In this document: in pieces, positions 58,584-64,000 of the stretch | Layout: every line of letters starts with the position of its first letter | How positions within the stretch are numbered: the stretch's first letter is position 1 | Sequence record: OQ845957.1 | Source: Escherichia phage pEC-M719-6WT.1 | Direction: 5' to 3' (one strand) | DNA length: 64,000 nt | Translations under genes and position numbers: made by a program | The notes under the pieces: model-generated | Database searches by the model: none | Seen by the model: only the letters and a program-made list of their open reading frames with translations | Told to the model about the DNA's origin: nothing

Positions 58584-59256
58584 TAGTGTCCTGTGTCATG
58601 CTTATGACATTCAACCACTTGACTTAGGTCTGAGTGCAGCAAGCTGGGCAGACTGGATGAAGGAAGATTTTGCAGACACCGCAAGGCTTGTTGAGTGTGA
58701 ATTTGAAGAGTTCCATTCACCAAAATCTTTTGTCTGTTGTATAGATGTGACAACTAGAAAGGTTGTATCTGTAAAGCGTGACAGTTTGATACTTGTCGCA
58801 AAAGAATTTGACGTTAAACGTAAGATGGTGCTTACTGATATTGACGGTGTGCTAACACGATTTGATAAGTCACTGAATGCAACTTACTTGCAAGATGGTA
58901 CTAAATCACAGTACACCAATCTGGTTGATTCTGTTCATGCAGAAGCTACTTATGTGTTTAACATCCTGAGAGCTATCTCAAAGAATGCTGATATTGGTGT
59001 ATTAACTGCTCGTGGTGATTCACAAAGAATCCCTACTGAGTTGTTTTTAAACGAACATCTTGACAGCATGTACTCACTCTTTATGCGAGGCTTTGGATGC
59101 AATAAGATGAGTGCAGAAAGTTTGAAAGTTCGTATGATTCAGTCTTGCATTCTCCCATACTATGACGTAGAATGTTTTATAGAAGATACAGTAAGGAATG
59201 TGCAGAAGGTTAATAGAATCCTTCCACATATTAAAACAATGATTGTTAAACACTAA
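58561..59256 (+). CDS. HAD-superfamily phosphatase-like protein (possible nucleotidase)
   Basis: HAD motif I DIDGV at residue ~93 (true start may be internal ATG at 58825), VLTARGD motif II-like. Confidence 0.45.
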   Translation: MSVLSQSDSVLCHAYDIQPLDLGLSAASWADWMKEDFADTARLVECEFEEFHSPKSFVCCIDVTTRKVVSVKRDSLILVAKEFDVKRKMVLTDIDGVLTRFDKSLNATYLQDGTKSQYTNLVDSVHAEATYVFNILRAISKNADIGVLTARGDSQRIPTELFLNEHLDSMYSLFMRGFGCNKMSAESLKVRMIQSCILPYYDVECFIEDTVRNVQKVNRILPHIKTMIVKH

Positions 59257-59266
59257 GAGAGAAATC

Positions 59267-59731
59267 ATGCAAAACATTATCACTGTAGCAATTGATGCAA
59301 CTGGTAACAAATCACAAGTTGTACGTAACATCATCAAGGAAAACTTTGATGGTAAAATCTTTCGTGCAGTAAACGTTAAAGCTGACGGAGAAATCCGTGA
59401 ATATCGTGCAATGCTTAACGTTACTAAGCATGTCAAAGGTGTCGGTTCTACTACAGCACATAAAGAAAACCTGATGACCATCTATGACATGGGTATGGCT
59501 TCAGAGTTGGGTGCTAAAGGAATTGTACAGTCCGGTGCTCCGTACCGCTCTTTCAATCTGGAAACTGCTCTTATGCTTTCCTTTACAAGTGGTTCACAAA
59601 CTACCACATATCTCTTTACTGATGCTGCAACGGTATCTGCCATTAAGGATAGCACTATCAAGGCTGGTGTAGCTGCTGCTGCAAAAGCTTCAACGATGGC
59701 TGCAAATGTCCTTGCTAAAGTCCTCGGTTAA
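59267..59731 (+). CDS. Hypothetical protein
   Basis: ATG at 59267 after AAGAGAGA RBS; ORF-track start at 59243 is TTG. Confidence 0.5.
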   Translation: MQNIITVAIDATGNKSQVVRNIIKENFDGKIFRAVNVKADGEIREYRAMLNVTKHVKGVGSTTAHKENLMTIYDMGMASELGAKGIVQSGAPYRSFNLETALMLSFTSGSQTTTYLFTDAATVSAIKDSTIKAGVAAAAKASTMAANVLAKVLG

Positions 59732-59742
59732 GGTTACTATAT

Positions 59743-59765
59743 AGGCTCCTTCGGGAGCCTTTTTC
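59743..59765 (+). terminator. Rho-independent terminator
   Basis: GGCTCC-TTCG-GGAGCC-TTTTT. Confidence 0.75.
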
Positions 59766-60071
59766 GTTTATGTAAGGGGGTACATTATGATTAAAGTTAT
59801 CAAGATAATACCATCATTGGTAATGCTTATAGTAGGAGTAGGTATAATACTTATGCTTTGCCCTGCTTTTTGGCCTTTTATCTTATAAGATTCTAGGAGA
59901 TTATTATGAAGTACAAAGTCTACATTGTAATACAAGGTGTTGAGATTGCTATTGATATCTACTCTGACACAGATTCTGATGATGCTTATGAGCTTGAAGA
60001 AGAACTTAGAATGAAAGCCAAACTATTATTCCCACATGCAGAATGCTGTTATCTTTAAGAGGGTGAGTTAA

Positions 60072-60419
60072 ATGACATTTAAAGAATTTTGTCAAGCTGC
60101 TTTCATAGTTGTTTTTCTGATTGGTGTAGGTGTCTGGGGAGGTTATTCTTACAAGGATTACCAAGTCACTCAGACAGAGTTGGCTAATCAGAAACTTATC
60201 AGTGTTGCTAAGGATGCTTACCAAGAGGGTTTAGCAAATCTTAGCTCCAGTTACAAAAATGATTTGAAAGACGTGCTTGCTAAAAACAAACACACAAAAG
60301 AGGTATTGACATATGAAAAGACTAAGCCAGAGTTTTATAACATTTGTGCTACTGATACTTATGTCAGGGTGTTCAACGAACAAAGCGAACTTTACGTTCA
60401 AAAACTCCCAAGTAAGTGA
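60072..60419 (+). CDS. i-spanin (Rz-like): N-terminal TM helix plus periplasmic domain
   Basis: 115 aa; TM segment AAFIVVFLIGVGVWGG; contains embedded lipoprotein ORF in +1 frame. Confidence 0.55.
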   Translation: MTFKEFCQAAFIVVFLIGVGVWGGYSYKDYQVTQTELANQKLISVAKDAYQEGLANLSSSYKNDLKDVLAKNKHTKEVLTYEKTKPEFYNICATDTYVRVFNEQSELYVQKLPSK

Positions 60420-60582
60420 AAGTGATAAGTACACTCAAGAAGAATCACGCTATGTTGTCAAGGGTAATACAGGCACAGACCTGTCACAAGCCCTTGAATT
60501 TTATCGTGATGGGTACTATCAATGTACGATGAAAGCAAATAATTTGATTGATATGATTTTGTTAGGGAATAAGCAGCAATGA
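60313..60582 (+). CDS. o-spanin (Rz1-like outer-membrane lipoprotein), overlapping/embedded in Rz-like gene
   Basis: 89 aa; lipobox LLILMSGC then Ser/Thr-rich mature N-terminus; classical Rz/Rz1 overlap architecture. Confidence 0.55.
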   Translation: MKRLSQSFITFVLLILMSGCSTNKANFTFKNSQVSESDKYTQEESRYVVKGNTGTDLSQALEFYRDGYYQCTMKANNLIDMILLGNKQQ

Positions 60583-60848
60583 GTCAAGAGACAGAACTGT
60601 TCTACACAGAAGGTTATCTACTTCTTCCAAGACCAAAAGATACTTACATGCGCATTGACTTTATGCCGATGGTTATGGATGATGTGATGTGCCATATCTT
60701 TATGAAGGGTATCACAACACAGTTGAAAGATACTGGAAGAGATTGCAAATTAAAGATTGACACTCATCCAGAAATCAAAGAGAATCACTACACATGGTTC
60801 TTAGAAGATAGCAAAGAAATTATGGCAGTTCTCAAAACGAGGAAGTAG
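60579..60848 (+). CDS. Hypothetical protein
   Basis: 89 aa ORF. Confidence 0.45.
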   Translation: MSQETELFYTEGYLLLPRPKDTYMRIDFMPMVMDDVMCHIFMKGITTQLKDTGRDCKLKIDTHPEIKENHYTWFLEDSKEIMAVLKTRK

Positions 60849-61006
60849 CATGTCAAGCAAAGAGAAGTTGATTAAACTCATTAAAGAATACGGTCAAGCA
60901 CGTTACAACGTTGCTGGAGAAAGCTGTTGTGGTGATATTGACAGTATGATGATGTGGGAAGAAACTTCAGAAGCAATTCTACAACAAATTGAAGAGGTAA
61001 TCTCTG

Positions 61007-61333
61007 ATGGAGTTGAACGGTAAAACCTTTGTAGCTGTCATTCAAGATAGTGAAAAAGATATTGGTGTAGCACAAGTCACATATGGTAACGGTGAGTTCC
61101 TTTATGGTGTTGTGGCAATGGTTGGTACAAGAGGTGACACACCAACCTTTCATGATTGTGTAGATAAACTCGAAGAGTCTGTCAGGAATTATTGGTGTCT
61201 TATCTGGATGAATGAGAAAGATATCAAAGAGCGATATGCTAAACTCGGTATTGACATTGCTGGCATAGAACATGTAGACTTGTATGAGTTGACAGAGAAA
61301 GTTCTCTTTGAAAAAGGTAAAGAAAATGGCTGA
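61007..61333 (+). CDS. Hypothetical protein
   Basis: 108 aa ORF with GAAGAGG RBS. Confidence 0.5.
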   Translation: MELNGKTFVAVIQDSEKDIGVAQVTYGNGEFLYGVVAMVGTRGDTPTFHDCVDKLEESVRNYWCLIWMNEKDIKERYAKLGIDIAGIEHVDLYELTEKVLFEKGKENG

Positions 61334-61526
61334 TTTTTGCAAAGACTGCTCTATCGAAATGTTTGGACGTGACACAGGAGACTTGAAAGGTCTTATCTCT
61401 GAAGAAGAGTTCAAAGCTGGTTATGCTATGCCAACACTCTGTGAAGGTTGTGGTGGAATCTGGGTAGACCACGAAGGACAGCGCGTGAAGCCTTCTAAAG
61501 ATAAAGAATCATGGGAGAAATGGTAA
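61326..61526 (+). CDS. Small cysteine-containing protein
   Basis: ATG at 61326; CKDC...CEGCGG pairs; ORF-track start at 61308 is TTG. Confidence 0.45.
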   Translation: MADFCKDCSIEMFGRDTGDLKGLISEEEFKAGYAMPTLCEGCGGIWVDHEGQRVKPSKDKESWEKW

Positions 61527-61527
61527 A

Positions 61528-62310
61528 ATGGGTATTGTAAAAGTCATCAAAGGTGATATCTTCGCAGACTTTGAGAAAGGTAAGTTTGATATCATCGGTC
61601 ACGGTTGTAACTGTATGAATCTGATGGGTGCAGGTATTGCTGACAAGATTTCTAAGGGCTACCCAAAAGCCTATGAAACTGATGCTGAAGTCTACCGTGT
61701 AGCAGGAGGAAGAGAGCATAAACCTTGTCAGAAACTGCTTGGTAAACTCTCTGTAGCACGTCTTAAACAAGGCCGTATTGCTAACCTGTACACTCAGTTG
61801 AAGACTGGTAAAGATGCTCGCTATGATGCTCTTGAGAGCGCTCTGTTGAGCCTTAACCAGTACTGCAAAGTGAATAGACTGAAGAAAGTTGGGCTTCCAA
61901 TGATTGGTGCAGGGATTGGTGGGCTTGACCCGAAAGCTGTTGTGGTGATTATGAATCACATCCTGAAAGATGTTGATGTTTACCTTTACGTGTTTGAAGA
62001 GGCAATGTTTAATACTCTGTCAACATGGGGTAATCACAGTGAGCCACAATACTTTGCAGGTGTAGCCGTTGTCAACGAAGATGGAGTTACCCTCTTCAGG
62101 CATCGCCAGTACAAGGTACATCGGAGTAACCCTCCGGTTGAGCGAATGTCTCTAAGTAACGCTCAAGTTACCCCGCCGTTGAAAGGTAGTATGCAACGTG
62201 CAGTGACATTTGGAAGTGAACCTGATGTGTACATTCTTGCAGCAAATGAGAAAGATGCTGAAGCAATTATAGACATTTCTAATATCAAGTTCTTAGCTGC
62301 AAAGAACTAA
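61528..62310 (+). CDS. Macro-domain protein (ADP-ribose binding/processing) with ~110 aa C-terminal extension
   Basis: N-terminal GDIFA...DIIGHGCNCMNLMGAGIADKI and later GLPMIGAGIGGLDP resemble macro-domain glycine-rich ADP-ribose binding loops. Confidence 0.6.
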   Translation: MGIVKVIKGDIFADFEKGKFDIIGHGCNCMNLMGAGIADKISKGYPKAYETDAEVYRVAGGREHKPCQKLLGKLSVARLKQGRIANLYTQLKTGKDARYDALESALLSLNQYCKVNRLKKVGLPMIGAGIGGLDPKAVVVIMNHILKDVDVYLYVFEEAMFNTLSTWGNHSEPQYFAGVAVVNEDGVTLFRHRQYKVHRSNPPVERMSLSNAQVTPPLKGSMQRAVTFGSEPDVYILAANEKDAEAIIDISNIKFLAAKN

Positions 62311-62343
62311 GAAACTCTGTAGCATATTCACAATAGACTAAGC

Positions 62344-62387
62344 CTTTCTTATCTGGTGAATTTTCAGGTAAGGAGGGCTTTTTCATT
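62344..62387 (+). terminator. Rho-independent terminator
   Basis: 13-bp stem CCTTTCTTATCTG/CAGGTAAGGAGGG (with G-U pairs) followed by CTTTTTC. Confidence 0.5.
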
Positions 62388-62578
62388 TTAAAATTGTGCA
62401 GGTAAAAGTCTGGACAGAAATCTGTAGAGAAAATTTTGAACTCCAAAGGGAAAATTCATTTTCAATTTGTGCAGGTGGACTCCAAAGAGATTTTTCATTT
62501 TCAAAACGTGCAGTCCCGGCGAGTGTCGGGCAAGAAAAATCATTTTAGAATTGTGCAGGTAGGTGGGTGCAGGTGGGG
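62382..62578. repeat. Array of four ~22-bp repeats TTCATTTT-N-AATTGTGCAGGT plus extra GTGCAGGT copy
   Basis: Copies at 62382-62403, 62455-62476, 62494-62515, 62539-62560; irregular spacing 73/39/45 bp. Confidence 0.75.
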
Positions 62579-62738
62579 ATGCCACCATTTCTCACAAGGC
62601 TACCACATCTGAAAAGAAAAGTCAACAGAAAAATTTGTAGTGGATTGAAAAATAATTCTTGATTGTAGTTCTGTTTTGTGATAGTTGCATGTGCCCGTCT
62701 CATTACAGTTTTTGCAAAAAATATTTTTAAAAATTTGC

Positions 62739-62767
62739 TTGACCTGTAAAACAAAGGCGTTTAGTAT
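62739..62767 (+). promoter_or_regulatory. Sigma70-like promoter TTGACC-N17-TAGTAT, bracketed by inverted repeat TGCCCGTCT/AGACGGGCA
   Basis: Direct reading; AT-rich UP-like tract upstream; inverted repeat arms at 62692-62700 and 62775-62783. Confidence 0.55.
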
Positions 62768-62816
62768 TTGCATCAGACGGGCAAGCAAGCCCACTTCCTA
62801 AACTGGAGATTCCAAA

Positions 62817-63023
62817 ATGTTATATCAACGCCAATTGATGATTGTAGACAATAACAAGACTAAAAAGCGCCGTTTCTTTATGCTTATCTGTGACGTGTGG
62901 CAAAGAATATCAGAAAAAGATTTTGATAAGTATGTTGATACGTCTATCAAGTCAGATTGTTACTTGACAAATCACACAAGACAGTTTACAAGACATACAG
63001 CAATTTACTACTATGACGTTTAA
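62817..63023 (+). CDS. Small early-type hypothetical protein
   Basis: 68 aa; conserved leader CTAAACTGGAGATTCCAAAATG. Confidence 0.5.
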   Translation: MLYQRQLMIVDNNKTKKRRFFMLICDVWQRISEKDFDKYVDTSIKSDCYLTNHTRQFTRHTAIYYYDV

Positions 63024-63202
63024 AAGGTCTTGACAATGATTAAAGAAGACTATGTAATAAAATACAAAGGTAGTGACGGATACACAAAAATAGGTCGCGT
63101 CTTCTACCTTTACAAGTCAGTTACGGGTAATGACTGCATAGCTCTAACAAATGGCGACAAAATAACCATGAAAGATTTTATAAAAATTATTTCATAAAGT
63201 AC

Positions 63203-63231
63203 TTTACATGGGGTTTAGAGTTCGATAGTAT
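63203..63231 (+). promoter_or_regulatory. Sigma70-like promoter TTTACA-N17-TAGTAT overlapping hairpin TGGGGTTTA/TAAGCCCCA
   Basis: Direct reading; same -10 hexamer and spacing as 62739 promoter. Confidence 0.55.
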
Positions 63232-63281
63232 AAGCCCCAGATAAAGAGCTTTACCAACAATCCTAAACTGGAGAATCTAAA

Positions 63282-63665
63282 ATGAAAAAATACTACATGC
63301 CTAAATTCATCAAAAAAGAAAACTTTCGTGGTGCTCTGGAAAAATCTATGGGCGAACAATTCAAAGGCAAAATAATTGTTGTACACGCATATAATTTTAA
63401 GTATGATGTAAATGGTAACAAGATAAACCACTATAAAGCTACACTGTTAGATGGTACACTCTCAGGAGAAAAGGCTGTTATCCATGCACTTGCAGGACGT
63501 GGTAAGACGCTAATCCGTTGCGATAAACGCCGCTATCAAGGTAGTGCTTACGGTTATGAGGATGCAATCTATCATCTTGATAATATGGGTTACAACGTGG
63601 TAAAAGCTGGAGTATCCCAAATGATTGGTAGTGATGGTTACGTAACAATCTTTGAAATTAACTAA
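63282..63665 (+). CDS. Early-type hypothetical protein
   Basis: 127 aa; conserved leader CTAAACTGGAGAATCTAAAATG. Confidence 0.55.
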   Translation: MKKYYMPKFIKKENFRGALEKSMGEQFKGKIIVVHAYNFKYDVNGNKINHYKATLLDGTLSGEKAVIHALAGRGKTLIRCDKRRYQGSAYGYEDAIYHLDNMGYNVVKAGVSQMIGSDGYVTIFEIN

Positions 63666-63673
63666 TAAAGTGC

Positions 63674-63702
63674 TTTACATGGGGTTTATAAATTGCTAGT
63701 AT
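63674..63702 (+). promoter_or_regulatory. Sigma70-like promoter TTTACA-N17-TAGTAT overlapping hairpin TGGGGTTTA/TAAGCCCCA (second copy)
   Basis: Near-identical to 63203 module. Confidence 0.55.
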
Positions 63703-63754
63703 AAGCCCCAGATAAAGAACTTTATCCAACAACCTAAACTGGAGATTCAAAAAA

Positions 63755-64000
63755 TGGCTACTATCAAAAACATCATTGTTACTGCAAAATCTCGTGATGA
63801 TGCTCGCGCAACTGCTAAAAAATTAAATGGTAAAGTGGTTGACAATGGTAAAAATTCTAATGTAAGATGGGGTGTAAAGACAGACAAAGAATTAACCTTG
63901 AAACATAGCTCTAAAAACCTGTTTAAAGGTGTACAGACTATCGGTAAAACAAATGTATTTACAAAACAAGGTTACAAAATGCACTTGGCATTAACTGACA
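63755..64000 (+). CDS. Early-type hypothetical protein, 3'-truncated by window end
   Basis: ATG after conserved leader CTAAACTGGAGATTCAAAAAATG; open to window end. Confidence 0.5.

Noticed and set aside
62382-62578. Possible CRISPR array
   Set aside because: Repeats are imperfect and spacing is irregular (73/39/45 bp), with no cas genes nearby. Treated as regulatory repeats instead.
1-64000. tRNA genes, rRNA genes, integrase/transposase
   Set aside because: No candidate tRNA cluster, no rRNA-like sequence and no recombinase-like ORF were recognised. tRNAs cannot be strictly excluded without a cloverleaf search such as tRNAscan-SE or ARAGORN.

Overview
This window reads as a large virulent myovirus segment, about 39-40% GC by eye and densely coded. 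By gene content and order it resembles Felix O1-like (Ounavirinae) phages; this is an inference, not a database hit. Layout: (1) plus-strand morphogenesis module, 1-22914: large terminase, portal, S49-type prohead protease/scaffold, lambda D-like decoration protein, lambda E-like major capsid protein, then a P2-like contractile tail (sheath, tube, chaperone pair with a -1 frameshift site, tape measure, baseplate V/W/J/I-like proteins, two His-rich tail fibres). (2) minus-strand block, 23609-32934: thymidylate synthase, DHFR, seven small unknown genes including an XRE-type HTH protein and a secreted protein, ATP-dependent DNA ligase, family A DNA polymerase. (3) plus-strand replication and nucleotide-metabolism block, 33192-50140: dNMP kinase, T7-like primase-helicase, acidic-tailed SSB, T7 gp6-like exonuclease, MazG-like protein, nrdA, nrdB, nrdH-like redoxin, nrdD, nrdG. 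(4) an accessory region, 50193-64000: HNH endonuclease, a PRPP-synthetase-like plus NAMPT-like pair (candidate NAD+ reconstitution/anti-defence), rIIA/rIIB, an SLT-type transglycosylase with signal peptide, a HAD-like phosphatase, overlapping Rz/Rz1-like spanins, a macro-domain protein, and an early-type region with repeated promoters and a GTGCAGGT repeat array. Most novel-looking signals: a structured 455-bp noncoding element at 27563-28017 (10-bp tandem repeats flanked by two copies of a palindrome), the motif array at 62382-62578, and the macro-domain gene near the NAD-salvage pair. Caveat: several ORF-track starts are TTG/GTG-extended; I corrected those I could verify by reading for an ATG with a GGAG-type ribosome-binding site. 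No rRNA, CRISPR array or integrase was seen; tRNAs cannot be excluded by eye.
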